DNA of 35,108 nucleotides from a virus (taxonomy: Duplodnaviria; Heunggongvirae; Uroviricota; Caudoviricetes), in the IMG/VR virus record IMGVR_UViG_3300029474_000225, positions 1 to 35,108 of that record. One strand, given 5' to 3'. Positions 1 through 9,556 of the stretch are shown in pieces. Position numbers and translations under genes: made by a program. Numbering within the stretch: position 1 is the stretch's first letter; each line of letters starts with the position of its first letter. The notes beneath the pieces were generated by a model. It saw only the letters and a list, made by a program, of their open reading frames with translations. It ran no database searches and was not told the DNA's origin.

Positions 1-174
1 TTAGTTGTTAATAATCATAGAATAAAGTTCCCATTTGGCGTTTGGATATTTGCTGATATTTTCACAGACAAGTTTATGGACATCATTCATATTCCCTAAA
101 TTCTTGTCAATATGAATTACTTTTCCACCTGTTATTTCGATTTCTTCACAAATTACATTGTAATACATTCCCAT
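1..174 (-). CDS. Small hypothetical protein, 57 aa (MGMYYNVICEEIEITGG...IINN)
   Basis: Read by hand (below ORF-track cutoff): ATG at 174, TAA at 1-3, preceded by SD AAGGAG right after the XRE stop. Confidence 0.7.
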   Translation of the reverse strand: MGMYYNVICEEIEITGGKVIHIDKNLGNMNDVHKLVCENISKYPNAKWELYSMIINN

Positions 175-189
175 AGGCACACATCTCCT

Positions 190-387
190 TTATCTCTTTA
201 TACAAAATAATTCATATAAGTCTACATGTAACGCAAGAGATAAAGCGACTGCATGAGATAATAAAATATCAGAAGTATATCCATTTTCTAAATTAGAAAT
301 AGCAGTAGAAGATAGTCCGCATCTCTTGGACAATTCTGATATTGATATATTCTGTTTATACCTATATTCACCAACTTTATTCTTCAT
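190..387 (-). CDS. XRE/Cro-CI family helix-turn-helix regulator
   Basis: 65 aa with HTH_3 pattern ISISELSKRCGLSSTAISNLENG. Confidence 0.9.
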   Translation of the reverse strand: MKNKVGEYRYKQNISISELSKRCGLSSTAISNLENGYTSDILLSHAVALSLALHVDLYELFCIKR

Positions 388-393
388 GTAATG

Positions 394-422
394 TAGTATG
401 CTTAGAATTATTTTGTATATTC
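394..422 (-). promoter_or_regulatory. Sigma-G/sigma-F-type (forespore) promoter, probably giving a leaderless XRE mRNA
   Basis: Minus strand GAATA-N17-CATACTA, then 6 nt to the ATG at 387; no SD. Confidence 0.55.
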
Positions 423-463
423 ATATAATACATAAGAAAATATTAACCAGAATTGGTAATTTT

Positions 464-474
464 TGTGGTATAAT
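464..474 (+). promoter_or_regulatory. Sigma-A extended -10 promoter pointing antisense into the lysis genes
   Basis: TGTGGTATAAT (TRTGnTATAAT) in the intergenic gap; no clear -35. Confidence 0.45.
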
Positions 475-486
475 ATAAAAATACAG

Positions 487-969
487 TTATTTTTTTTCAA
501 CTTCTTTTATTGGCAAACATAATACTTCTGGTTTTAATTTATCATGGTAAATATCATCGCCACCAGCATCTTCATAAATATTCCCTAATTCAAGGAAGGT
601 TTTTATTCCTGATTTATCTATATAACCACGCTCTGTAAATTTCCCATGTAAGTCATAAAGTTGATTTCTAAGAGTTGCAACGGTCTTTGCTTTATCTTTA
701 ATCTCTTTTTGCACTAACGTATCTTTAATATCGTCAATACCTTGAGATATTTTTGATATTTCTTTATATTGCCAATTATCATGTTTTTCTAAAGTGGTTA
801 TTCTGTCTTCAATTGTTTCTTTGTCTTCTTCAAATCCAAATTTTATCCTAAGAGTCTTTTTTATCTTTCCGAATAAAAAAATAATTTTATCAATTCCTAA
901 GATGATAATAAACAATCCCATAAGCCAAGGCGCAAAATCAAAACTGAGTAAATTTTCAATTTCAGTCAT
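487..969 (-). CDS. Lysis-cassette membrane protein (holin-associated; N-terminal TM helix plus coiled coil)
   Basis: Hydrophobic N-terminus, C-terminal YEDAGGD motif, directly after the holin. Confidence 0.55.
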   Translation of the reverse strand: MTEIENLLSFDFAPWLMGLFIIILGIDKIIFLFGKIKKTLRIKFGFEEDKETIEDRITTLEKHDNWQYKEISKISQGIDDIKDTLVQKEIKDKAKTVATLRNQLYDLHGKFTERGYIDKSGIKTFLELGNIYEDAGGDDIYHDKLKPEVLCLPIKEVEKK

Positions 970-989
970 TTTTATTACCTATGATCTTT

Positions 990-1253
990 CTACTTTTCTG
1001 ATTTAATAAAATTTTTAAATGCTTCGTATAATCCCGTAGAAGCTAGTCCAGATACTAAACCACCAAGCAAAATCTCAGGTGTAAAACTCATATTCATCCA
1101 TGCATTCAACACGACTCCAATTACTGCCATAATTAACGGAATATATTTATTGATTGTATCTGTTGTTACAAGATTTTTTAATACATAGCCAATACATAAG
1201 CAAATACCAACAATAATTGGCACTGCAAAATTTGTTAAAAATGTTACATCCAT
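990..1253 (-). CDS. Holin
   Basis: 87 aa, three hydrophobic segments, KYIPL and GLASTGLYEAFK motifs, basic C-tail, next to the endolysin. Confidence 0.9.
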   Translation of the reverse strand: MDVTFLTNFAVPIIVGICLCIGYVLKNLVTTDTINKYIPLIMAVIGVVLNAWMNMSFTPEILLGGLVSGLASTGLYEAFKNFIKSEK

Positions 1254-1267
1254 AATTTTTTCTCCTT

Positions 1268-2017
1268 TTATTTAAACTTTTTTAACTTGCCAGCTTTCAG
1301 AAGAATTAGCATCTGATTATTCTGTTCTGCCGTAAATTTGTAATCTTTAATTTCGTTTGCCTTTGCAATCTTTGTTCTTGTTTCTTTAGAAGAATCAATA
1401 TGTACAGACTCTAAGGCTTTTGCAAGAGTTGTATATGATTTATTACATTTTGGATAATAAGCTGAATTGCTTGTAGAAGTAGAAGATGGTTTTGTTGTGG
1501 TTGTTTCTTTGTTGATAGAATAGATATACTCAACATGCCCGATTTGTTTTGGACGAGACGGATCAGATCCAACAAACAATATTGCATCTCCAACCTTTAA
1601 AATTTCAGGATTTGTAATATGACCATTTTTAATCTTTACTGGAACAGTTTCAAACAATGAACTTGTATAAATTCCTGCCGTGTTTAGTAACGGTACACTA
1701 TATCCAATTTTCTTAAACGTAGCACATCCACTAGAAGAGCAGTCTGAATAATACTTCCCCTTATATGGAGTATATACATATGATCGTAACGACTGATTAT
1801 ATGAGTTCCGACCTAGAATAGTTTTATATGTGTCATGGAACTTTTTACGTCCAGAATCGGTAATTTTCTTTAATCGTCTTACTGCAACAACGCCTTTATG
1901 TTTTCCGTTTGGAGCAATACTTTTATATCGACTTTCAAGATATGCGTACATATTTTTAGTAGACGGAGTTCCTGATCCGTGACCACAGATTGTAATATCT
2001 TTTTCGGTTACTGCCAT
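1268..2017 (-). CDS. Endolysin, NlpC/P60-type cysteine peptidase with C-terminal cell-wall-binding domain
   Basis: DCSS catalytic Cys, GDAILF and GHVEY His motifs, Thr/Ser linker, C-terminal RTKIAKAN...YKFTAEQN domain. Confidence 0.85.
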   Translation of the reverse strand: MAVTEKDITICGHGSGTPSTKNMYAYLESRYKSIAPNGKHKGVVAVRRLKKITDSGRKKFHDTYKTILGRNSYNQSLRSYVYTPYKGKYYSDCSSSGCATFKKIGYSVPLLNTAGIYTSSLFETVPVKIKNGHITNPEILKVGDAILFVGSDPSRPKQIGHVEYIYSINKETTTTKPSSTSTSNSAYYPKCNKSYTTLAKALESVHIDSSKETRTKIAKANEIKDYKFTAEQNNQMLILLKAGKLKKFK

Positions 2018-2033
2018 AATAGTTTCCTCCTTC

Positions 2034-2258
2034 CTATGTTAATTCATAATTACACCATTTCTTATAAACGTCTTTTGTGTCGTTTCTAATAAAAGTCATT
2101 ATTATAATTTTCTTTTCACATTTGGGACTATAACTCGTATATACATCCACTGGATAAACATTAGAGTCGATGTAAAAAGTTTGTTGGTCTCTATTATATA
2201 TACGGACAACTTCTTTTTCGGTGTAATTTCTTGGTTTTAAATTACTTTCAATTATCAT
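2034..2258 (-). CDS. Hypothetical protein, 74 aa
   Basis: ORF with SD (AAAAGGA) in operon orientation. Confidence 0.7.
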   Translation of the reverse strand: MIIESNLKPRNYTEKEVVRIYNRDQQTFYIDSNVYPVDVYTSYSPKCEKKIIIMTFIRNDTKDVYKKWCNYELT

Positions 2259-2293
2259 TCCTTTTTATTCCTCAGTTAAATAGCGTAAAAAAT

Positions 2294-2332
2294 AGGGATT
2301 ATAACATTGAATAGTGGTATGTTATAATCCCT
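2294..2332 (-). terminator. Rho-independent terminator
   Basis: 13-bp inverted repeat AGGGATTATAACA/TGTTATAATCCCT followed by a T-run on the minus strand. Confidence 0.7.
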
Positions 2333-2344
2333 TATTTAAAATCA

Positions 2345-2719
2345 CTATTCAACATTACTTTCAGCCTCTTTTTCGACTTTTGTAACAATATCTTTTTTGA
2401 CAGATTTAGCCTCTGTCTTTTTATTTTCTTTCTTAATAACTTGTGCTTTTGCCTTCATGATAGTGGCAATAGAATTCTTATAACTTTCGCCAAAGTATTC
2501 TTTTCTGCTTAAATCTAATTTTTCTAATTTTGCTTTTGCTTCGATATATGTCATGCGTCCATCTTCAAAAGCAGAAGTTACTTCGTCAATTTCATGACAA
2601 TTATCTGAACACCAACAAAAATACCATGTTGGCTTCAAACGGTCTTCTGGATTACAAACTGGACAAAACGAATAAGTTTTACCGCAAAGCACACAAGTTC
2701 TCAATTCTTTCTTTGACAT
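2345..2719 (-). CDS. Cys-rich (Zn-binding) protein with Lys-rich C-terminus
   Basis: CVLC, CPVC and CWCSDNC motifs; SD GGAGG. Confidence 0.7.
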   Translation of the reverse strand: MSKKELRTCVLCGKTYSFCPVCNPEDRLKPTWYFCWCSDNCHEIDEVTSAFEDGRMTYIEAKAKLEKLDLSRKEYFGESYKNSIATIMKAKAQVIKKENKKTEAKSVKKDIVTKVEKEAESNVE

Positions 2720-2737
2720 TATTCCTCCTTGTAAGAA

Positions 2738-2761
2738 TAGGGCAGTAATTTAACTGCCCTA
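2738..2761 (-). terminator. Hairpin/terminator after the tail tube gene
   Basis: TAGGGCAGT...ACTGCCCTA inverted repeat. Confidence 0.6.
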
Positions 2762-2768
2762 CATGTCC

Positions 2769-3617
2769 TTATAATTCGATGTCGTCCTCTTCCTCATCAA
2801 TGTAATAAATAGAGAAAAGTTCTCCATCTGTAGAGCAAGCATTTAACATCATAGAACCCTTATAATCCATCGTCTGAGAATCACCACCCTGTAATGCAAG
2901 TGAGAATTCAGGACTTGGCATAAATGAAGGGATATGAATGATAGCTGCTTTTAATACATCAGTTTCACACTTATCTACTACAAGTGCCTTGAAGAACAAC
3001 TCATGAGACTTAGGGAACTTTTTACCTGAGTTAGTAATCTTTGCTCCACTCTTAATTGTCTTCTTATACTTGACAATATACTGAGTTTCACCATCTGCTG
3101 TAGGCGGTGTTAATACATCACTCGCAGGAGTTGTTACATGCTGATCTCCTGGATCTTTTACCTCATCAGTATGCTTAATTGCATATTCAGTAGCAGAAGC
3201 AGCAGATCCTTTCTTAAATTCGTCCTTACCCATAGAACCTTTTGTAGAAAGAGCATTTACATGAATAGAACCTTCAACAAATCCCGTAACATCCAATGTC
3301 TCGCCAGCTTTTACGATCTGAATCATCGGCATAACAATACCCTTATCTGCGGTTGCAATCTCAGCATCAGTAGCAGAAATAGTCTCTACAACAGCAAGGT
3401 TAAGGAATGCGTTAGTTACAGTAACCTCACCTTTCTTACCTGTATACTTACGATATACAAGGTTTCCATCCTTATCATTGATATCTGTTGAGTCAGCAGT
3501 AATATCAATATTTGCCTGTGTAAGCTGTGTTAAAGCATACAGAGGTGTACCATTAGACTTTGCACCGTAACCAAACTGAAGTCTATCTACGATTACGTCA
3601 CCTAATTTAAATGCCAT
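2769..3617 (-). CDS. Major tail (tube) protein
   Basis: 282 aa, beta-rich, strong SD GGAGG, flanked by terminators, follows the neck genes. Confidence 0.65.
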   Translation of the reverse strand: MAFKLGDVIVDRLQFGYGAKSNGTPLYALTQLTQANIDITADSTDINDKDGNLVYRKYTGKKGEVTVTNAFLNLAVVETISATDAEIATADKGIVMPMIQIVKAGETLDVTGFVEGSIHVNALSTKGSMGKDEFKKGSAASATEYAIKHTDEVKDPGDQHVTTPASDVLTPPTADGETQYIVKYKKTIKSGAKITNSGKKFPKSHELFFKALVVDKCETDVLKAAIIHIPSFMPSPEFSLALQGGDSQTMDYKGSMMLNACSTDGELFSIYYIDEEEDDIEL

Positions 3618-3669
3618 AATTATTTTCCTCCTTTAAAATTTTTATTTTTATGCAATAAAAAATGAGCGA

Positions 3670-4503
3670 TTATAATTCGCCCATAAAATTGATTAAATCT
3701 TCAGGAACATCTTTAGCCGACACCATGCCACCATAGATCCCATGTAGAGCAGCCGTTCCCTGTTCATATTTTTGAATTCTGTTTACAGAATCCATAAACT
3801 GACATATATTCACTTGTTTTAATTGTTCCAAATTATATTTAAACCCAGGATGATTTATACAACTTGAAACAAGTGGTAAAAGAGTTGATGCGCCTTTCTT
3901 TTTATCATCCTGTTCTGCTTTCATTCTATCTTCTTGTAAAATCCATTGTTTTGTTGTTTTACCTTTTGCCTTTTCAACCTTTGGATGAACATTCATCATC
4001 GCTCGAATAAATTCAGCAATTTCCATATATTCATCATCATAAATAATCATATTTTTATCTTGATTTAAAAGCGCAAGATGATTGTATTCTGGATCGTCAA
4101 CATTTTTTCTTGCTTGAATCAGCTCAAAACCATCAAAACTAAAATCTTTGAATAGTAGCTTTAACGGCTCTTTATCTTCGAGCAATTGATATAAGATATA
4201 AAACACTTCAATATCTTTTGTTTTGTTCCAATCCTTTTTAAATACATCATAAAGAAGAACTCGAATAGAAGTAGAATTACTCAGAAAAGGAGAGATTGCT
4301 TGGTAAAATTTTGATTCACCAATATTTAAAATATCTCCTATGGTTGGAATTGAAATAGTTATACCATTTATTGTATAATCCTCACCAAAATACATTTTTA
4401 GTTTGTCAAAATGGTATTCTGGATTATGACTTTTTTCTTGTTTCTTTTTTATATCTTCTTCAGCAGCAAATTGAAGATTATTTAGTGTTTCTAATACATC
4501 CAA
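3670..4503 (-). CDS. Virion morphogenesis protein (possible tail assembly chaperone)
   Basis: Position; C-terminal YNLEQLKQVNICQFMDSVNRIQK resembles chaperone C-termini. Confidence 0.45.
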   Translation of the reverse strand: MDVLETLNNLQFAAEEDIKKKQEKSHNPEYHFDKLKMYFGEDYTINGITISIPTIGDILNIGESKFYQAISPFLSNSTSIRVLLYDVFKKDWNKTKDIEVFYILYQLLEDKEPLKLLFKDFSFDGFELIQARKNVDDPEYNHLALLNQDKNMIIYDDEYMEIAEFIRAMMNVHPKVEKAKGKTTKQWILQEDRMKAEQDDKKKGASTLLPLVSSCINHPGFKYNLEQLKQVNICQFMDSVNRIQKYEQGTAALHGIYGGMVSAKDVPEDLINFMGEL

Positions 4504-4507
4504 ATAA

Positions 4508-5158
4508 TCACCGCCTTATACCGTAATTCATAATAGAAGACTTTTTATCTGTTGTTTTATGAATTCCATTAGTGTCAACAACTTGGAATACAAGGGTGCG
4601 AACAAGATAATTATTATCTGTTGTAGATTCCTTTGATGATACAAGATGTGTTTGCATTCCAAATATATTAGACCAATTAAATCGCTCTCTTATAATAGAA
4701 GCAATGAGATCATGCCTTGGAATACCTGTTAATTTATCATTTCTGTCATTACCATGAACAAAAATAGTAAATGTAACATTGGTATACTTTAATGTATCCT
4801 GATAGCGAGGCATTTCATCAAAAGATACTTGGTAACAGATATAATGTTTTACTTCGGTCTGAGTATCAGGAATAAATAAATAAGGACGAATATTAGACGT
4901 TCCACCAAAATATCTATCCCATTCCCCAAGAGGTTCATACTCTTTTGTATCTTCGTTCCATTCCCAGTTGATATTACCATCATCATCAAAAAGTTCAGAT
5001 TCTAATGATTTTTCATTAAGTGCATATAAAAGACATGGATTAAGCATAAGTGCTTTTTCAATCTTTTTCTTATACTGAATATTTTCATCATCGGGAGTAG
5101 TCTTATATGCACGAAGCTTATTTAACAAATCATTCTTTGTAACTAATTTTTCTGCCAT
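4508..5158 (-). CDS. Neck / tail terminator-like protein
   Basis: Position between head-closure-like gene and tail tube; VTFTIFVH...RHDLIA pattern. Confidence 0.5.
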   Translation of the reverse strand: MAEKLVTKNDLLNKLRAYKTTPDDENIQYKKKIEKALMLNPCLLYALNEKSLESELFDDDGNINWEWNEDTKEYEPLGEWDRYFGGTSNIRPYLFIPDTQTEVKHYICYQVSFDEMPRYQDTLKYTNVTFTIFVHGNDRNDKLTGIPRHDLIASIIRERFNWSNIFGMQTHLVSSKESTTDNNYLVRTLVFQVVDTNGIHKTTDKKSSIMNYGIRR

Positions 5159-5168
5159 AAAACACCTC

Positions 5169-6431
5169 CTATTCAGTTAATTCCAACGGCAAAATTTCAG
5201 ATTCAATCGGCAAGTTATCCTTAGTGATTTCGCACTTAATAGACAATATTTTGCCGATAGTAGAAGCGTTATTAGGAAACTTTACTTTCTTTTGATTGTA
5301 CTCTGTACCAGCTCGCCATGTAACTTTATCAGTCCAATCTTCATCGTCAATAGAACAAACCCATGTAAAGGTTGCATCAGCGTATTCAGTTGTAATATCT
5401 TCATTGGAATCATTGAATAGATTTACTGTAAGATTTTTATAAGAGCCACCAACTTTAATTGTTGAAGTGGATGCTGAAATTTTTACTGCGATAGAAGATG
5501 GGGGAGTGGTTGGAGTAGATGGATCTGTTGGGACGATTTCTGAATCGAAATAGTTCGCATACATTTCACCTGTTTCAAGATTGACATAATCAGTATGCTC
5601 GTTCCAAAATGCCGTATATATAGTAAGTTTTTGAATACCAAATGGCATTGAATTTTCAACCTTGGTCACTGTCCATACTGTAGGATGTTCTGTTAAAGCA
5701 CTTACTACAACACGCATATTTTTAGAATCTTCAGAAGTGTACCAAAACTTCTCTGTAATAGAGTTCATTGGCAACCATATCTTATCCTGATTATCTGTGT
5801 GTGTAAAATATCGGTCTGTATAAGTTCCTATAGTATATGAATTCTGTTGTCTTAAACAACACCACATACGTCTCTTAATACGCTTATCATTAAATTTTTC
5901 AATCCATGTAAGTTCGTAATTTACTGGCAAAATCAGATACTTAGGAAACTGATTAGCTGGTTCATCACGGCAAATAATCCATTTATGATAAACTCCTCTA
6001 TCATCTGGAACGTCCACGAAAAGCCCTATCGGAAATGTCGCTCCATAGCGTTTTCTAAAATTAGTCTCATAATAATAAAGGTCATCACCTTCATTAAATC
6101 TTACAGGCTGACTTGGACGAAACATAAGATAGTATTCCACTTGGTCTTTATCCATTGACTGATAAGATTTAATAATAAATTTTGCGTCAATCTTTGTCTT
6201 ATTGGTATTTTCATAAGTCATACCTTCAGCAAGAGAACGTGTAATTCCATGTTCATCTGTGAAAAAATCATCATGAAAATGGTCATAGATGTAACAAGTC
6301 TTTGTAGCGATGTCGTTTTCAAATGTCTGTTCCATCGCCCAATCAGACTGTTCTTTATAAATCTGCCCAATCGTTTTAGCTCCGTTGTTCTTGGCGTTTG
6401 CGACACGCCTAGCTGTTTGTAGACTCGGCAT
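5169..6431 (-). CDS. Head closure/neck protein with C-terminal Ig-like domain
   Basis: 420 aa; Pro/Thr linker then ISASTSTIKVGGSYKNLTVNL...FTWVCS Ig-like segment. Confidence 0.55.
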   Translation of the reverse strand: MPSLQTARRVANAKNNGAKTIGQIYKEQSDWAMEQTFENDIATKTCYIYDHFHDDFFTDEHGITRSLAEGMTYENTNKTKIDAKFIIKSYQSMDKDQVEYYLMFRPSQPVRFNEGDDLYYYETNFRKRYGATFPIGLFVDVPDDRGVYHKWIICRDEPANQFPKYLILPVNYELTWIEKFNDKRIKRRMWCCLRQQNSYTIGTYTDRYFTHTDNQDKIWLPMNSITEKFWYTSEDSKNMRVVVSALTEHPTVWTVTKVENSMPFGIQKLTIYTAFWNEHTDYVNLETGEMYANYFDSEIVPTDPSTPTTPPSSIAVKISASTSTIKVGGSYKNLTVNLFNDSNEDITTEYADATFTWVCSIDDEDWTDKVTWRAGTEYNQKKVKFPNNASTIGKILSIKCEITKDNLPIESEILPLELTE

Positions 6432-6774
6432 CGCTTACACCTCCCTCAAACATCTGCTTAATATATCCGTGAGAATCTAAGATTGCCCTACGGAATTTTT
6501 TGTAACTAAAATGGTCGCTCTTGAAATTATCCATAGCACCTTGTAAAGTTGCCATAAGAGTTACCATAAGTCCGTTATCATTAAATAAGGTTTTTGTGCC
6601 ACCTAATTTAAACATAACATTCTCAAAGAAGACGAGAAATGCTTCGTCATCTTCAAATATTTTCTCTTCAATTGTCTTATCTTTGTAGAGCAGTAGTTTG
6701 TGAATGTCACCATGCATTGCACGAACTGCTTCATTGATTTGCTTGTCTGTGAAGTCACCATATATGTATTGCAT
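6409..6774 (-). CDS. Hypothetical virion-module protein (start re-called at MQYIYG)
   Basis: ATG 6774 has an SD and abuts the upstream stop; ORF track begins at 6822. Confidence 0.6.
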   Translation of the reverse strand: MQYIYGDFTDKQINEAVRAMHGDIHKLLLYKDKTIEEKIFEDDEAFLVFFENVMFKLGGTKTLFNDNGLMVTLMATLQGAMDNFKSDHFSYKKFRRAILDSHGYIKQMFEGGVSDAESTNS

Positions 6775-6775
6775 A

Positions 6776-7231
6776 TTAGGACTCCGTATTAATATAAGAA
6801 TTATACATATATCCGTAATCACGAATACGTTTATTCAATTCAGTTTTCATGGAATCCAGACGGTCAATCATATTTTTATGATTGTCAAGTAGCTTCTTTT
6901 CTTCCTTTCCACCTATCATTACTGATGTGTGCATAATAGAATCAACCTGTGGCTGTAACCACTCAATCGTCATTCCAAGTACAAGAATTCCTACGACAAA
7001 ATTCATATCAGCCGTTTCATCTACTGAATTATTTAGCGTAAAAACCAACTGTTGAATTTCATCATCGAGTGTGAGAGAAGAGAATAGTCTGCGCACTCTT
7101 GGATTAGAAATTACATTGTTTAATCGCTCTGTATATATTTCAAGCAAATCATTTTCGTCAAGAGAAAGTTCTTTCATATCTGAAATTCGTCCTCTTGTTC
7201 GTGAAAAAATTGTTTCGTATGGAAGCGTCAT
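6776..7231 (-). CDS. Head-tail adaptor/connector protein
   Basis: 151 aa helical protein two genes downstream of the capsid gene; SD GGAGG. Confidence 0.55.
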   Translation of the reverse strand: MTLPYETIFSRTRGRISDMKELSLDENDLLEIYTERLNNVISNPRVRRLFSSLTLDDEIQQLVFTLNNSVDETADMNFVVGILVLGMTIEWLQPQVDSIMHTSVMIGGKEEKKLLDNHKNMIDRLDSMKTELNKRIRDYGYMYNSYINTES

Positions 7232-7246
7232 TGTGAGCCTCCTTTA

Positions 7247-7789
7247 CTATTCAAATAATTCAGACATCAGTGTAAAATTCGTACCATAAAATGCATCAAG
7301 TGCTTTAATTTTCTTTACACTGTCAACACGTCCGTTTGCTATCAAAGTTGCTGCAATATTTTTAATTGATTCCTTTGCACCATCTGGAAGTGTTTCAATT
7401 GTCGCAATCATGGTATCTGCATCTGGGTTAATTAATAAATCTTCTAAGTCGCCAACTGAATACATAGTTGTATAAATTTTCTGAACCTGCGGAAATTCTG
7501 CAAGAAAATCTTCATCCTGAATGATAAAGAAAGGTTCTGTGATATGTCTCTTACCTGAACGAATAGCAGCTACAAGATCCTGATATTCCACCTCTGTCAC
7601 ATCTCCACGACCAGCCCATTCATAATTTACACCTGATTTAATTCCAATCATACCAAGACATCCAGAAACAATTGATTTACATTCGATGGCATCTGTCGCA
7701 TCAAACTTTCTAACTTCCTTTTTAACTGTAGATTTCTTTTCTTCTATATTCTCCGTCCTGGGAGTTGTTGTTTTCTTTGTATAAGCCAT
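7247..7789 (-). CDS. Hypothetical protein following the major capsid gene (start re-called at MAYTKK)
   Basis: SD AAGGA before ATG 7789. Confidence 0.65.
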   Translation of the reverse strand: MAYTKKTTTPRTENIEEKKSTVKKEVRKFDATDAIECKSIVSGCLGMIGIKSGVNYEWAGRGDVTEVEYQDLVAAIRSGKRHITEPFFIIQDEDFLAEFPQVQKIYTTMYSVGDLEDLLINPDADTMIATIETLPDGAKESIKNIAATLIANGRVDSVKKIKALDAFYGTNFTLMSELFE

Positions 7790-7815
7790 TTTATAATCCT
7801 TTCGTTCCATAAAAA

Positions 7816-7843
7816 TAAGAGGTTGGATTATACCAACCTCTTA
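7816..7843 (-). terminator. Terminator after major capsid gene
   Basis: TAAGAGGTTGG/CCAACCTCTTA inverted repeat plus T-run. Confidence 0.75.
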
Positions 7844-7858
7844 CAACTTCTATTTTAT

Positions 7859-8968
7859 TTAGGCAATAGTCCAAACACCGAAGTATCTATCAAAGATACA
7901 TGCGATACCCATTTCTCTCTGCACTTCGTATGTCATGAAGTCGTCAGCTCTATCAGCCTTTTCAGTAACCTCAACAATTTCTGTTTCTCCAACATCTACA
8001 AACTTGCAGAACTTATTGTCAACATTAGGAACAATAAGGAGAGTACCAGGCTTGATGAGTTTCTTTGTAACATCATTCTTAACAAATCTCTGTGGAATTT
8101 CGACAAGAGTAGTAGTCTCGTATGTGCCAAGTCTACCAAGTTTTGCCATATCCTCTTTCTGAGCATCTGTAGCCCAATCAACATCTGTAAATGCATTAAG
8201 CTTTTTAAGATCTGTCTTTAAACCGAATACTGTTACATCAACTCCACCATTAGCAGCAGAAACATCATCAAGTAACTGATCAAAAGATTCCTTATTAGAA
8301 GCAGTAATCTCCTTTGTTACATGGAATACTTCCTGTGCAGGAATTTTATCACCTACAGACATTACCTCTGTAAGCATATCATTCTGAACTTCTTCCTGCA
8401 TAGCGATTGATACAGCGTCAACAAACTTAGACCAATCTTTGCGACCTGTAAGATATACGTCAATATCCATACCAACCTTGATTGCGTAGTTGGATGTCTT
8501 TACTGAGAAAGATTCACCCTCTGCAAGTTTCTGCATTGATAAGTCATGATGATCCCCAGATACTTTAGCAACAGTAAGAATTACATCCTTATCTGTCCAG
8601 AACTCATTTTTATCTCCCTGAGAAATATTCTTTGACTCAACAAACTGATTAAAGAATTCGTTTTCCTGTAAACCAGTTGTAACCTTAATATCAAGAGTAT
8701 CCTCAAGAACCTCCATAAGTTCAAGACCGTTTCTCTTCATTGCTCTTTTAATATCTCTCTTTGAATATTTCTGTGTAGGATCTAATCCTAAAATGTCGAA
8801 ACAAACACTGTTAATTTTTGCATTTACAGCATTCTTAGGAACTTCGTTTCCGTCCTCGTCATATACTGTTATACCATGTGTATAATCATAGAAAAGCTTT
8901 CTAAAGCCTTCAAAATCGTTCTCTGGTTTAGAGAATACTCTTTTTAAATTATCAGAAAATACTAACAT
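7859..8968 (-). CDS. Major capsid protein (HK97-fold, SPbeta YonB-like position)
   Basis: 369 aa, strong SD, highly biased codons, ends FGVWTIA, position after protease and decoration genes. Confidence 0.8.
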   Translation of the reverse strand: MLVFSDNLKRVFSKPENDFEGFRKLFYDYTHGITVYDEDGNEVPKNAVNAKINSVCFDILGLDPTQKYSKRDIKRAMKRNGLELMEVLEDTLDIKVTTGLQENEFFNQFVESKNISQGDKNEFWTDKDVILTVAKVSGDHHDLSMQKLAEGESFSVKTSNYAIKVGMDIDVYLTGRKDWSKFVDAVSIAMQEEVQNDMLTEVMSVGDKIPAQEVFHVTKEITASNKESFDQLLDDVSAANGGVDVTVFGLKTDLKKLNAFTDVDWATDAQKEDMAKLGRLGTYETTTLVEIPQRFVKNDVTKKLIKPGTLLIVPNVDNKFCKFVDVGETEIVEVTEKADRADDFMTYEVQREMGIACIFDRYFGVWTIA

Positions 8969-8992
8969 ATTATTTTAAACCTCCTTCCATAA

Positions 8993-9469
8993 TTAAGCTT
9001 CAATGGTAAGTTTCTTAGCACTTACGCCTGTGATTGCCTTTCCTACTTCTGGTTTTCCATTGAATCCTTCAGTAGAAAGTTCAAAAGTGTCATATTTGTG
9101 CAAACCATAGCAACGAACTCTGTCGCCAGCTAGGTTATAAAGGTTTGACTCTTTCTTCCATGTATTAGTCCAATCTTCAGCCCCAACAGGAACGGAATAT
9201 ACTAAAACTGCATCTCCAGGATCTGTAACGAGTACAAGATAATTACCATTGCTCATCTGCTGTACGATTTTTCCTGTAAAAGTAGTTACAGCAGCTTCCT
9301 TGTAAAGATCGAGACTCTTCCAATCTCCAATTGCGATTAAATTACCATTATCGGTATCTGTTGTAAGTTCAACAGAAAACATATGCTCGCCATAATTTGC
9401 TGCTAAAACATTGGAAGGATTAGCAGTTGCATGTTTGGCAATTTCATACTTAATTGACATATTTGCCAT
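8993..9469 (-). CDS. Capsid decoration/cement protein (start re-called at MANMS)
   Basis: DNGNLIAIG and DTFELSTEGFNGKPEVG motifs; between protease and capsid genes; SD AAGGAGG. Confidence 0.6.
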   Translation of the reverse strand: MANMSIKYEIAKHATANPSNVLAANYGEHMFSVELTTDTDNGNLIAIGDWKSLDLYKEAAVTTFTGKIVQQMSNGNYLVLVTDPGDAVLVYSVPVGAEDWTNTWKKESNLYNLAGDRVRCYGLHKYDTFELSTEGFNGKPEVGKAITGVSAKKLTIEA

Positions 9470-9505
9470 AATAAAATTCCTCCTTAAAATTTTTTGCATT
9501 AAAAA

Positions 9506-9528
9506 ACTCGTTGCAAAAAAGCAACGAG
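9506..9528 (-). terminator. Terminator after protease/scaffold gene
   Basis: CTCGTTGC/GCAACGAG inverted repeat plus T6 on the minus strand. Confidence 0.7.
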
Positions 9529-9556
9529 CATATTGATTGTTAGTTGTGTTAAATTT

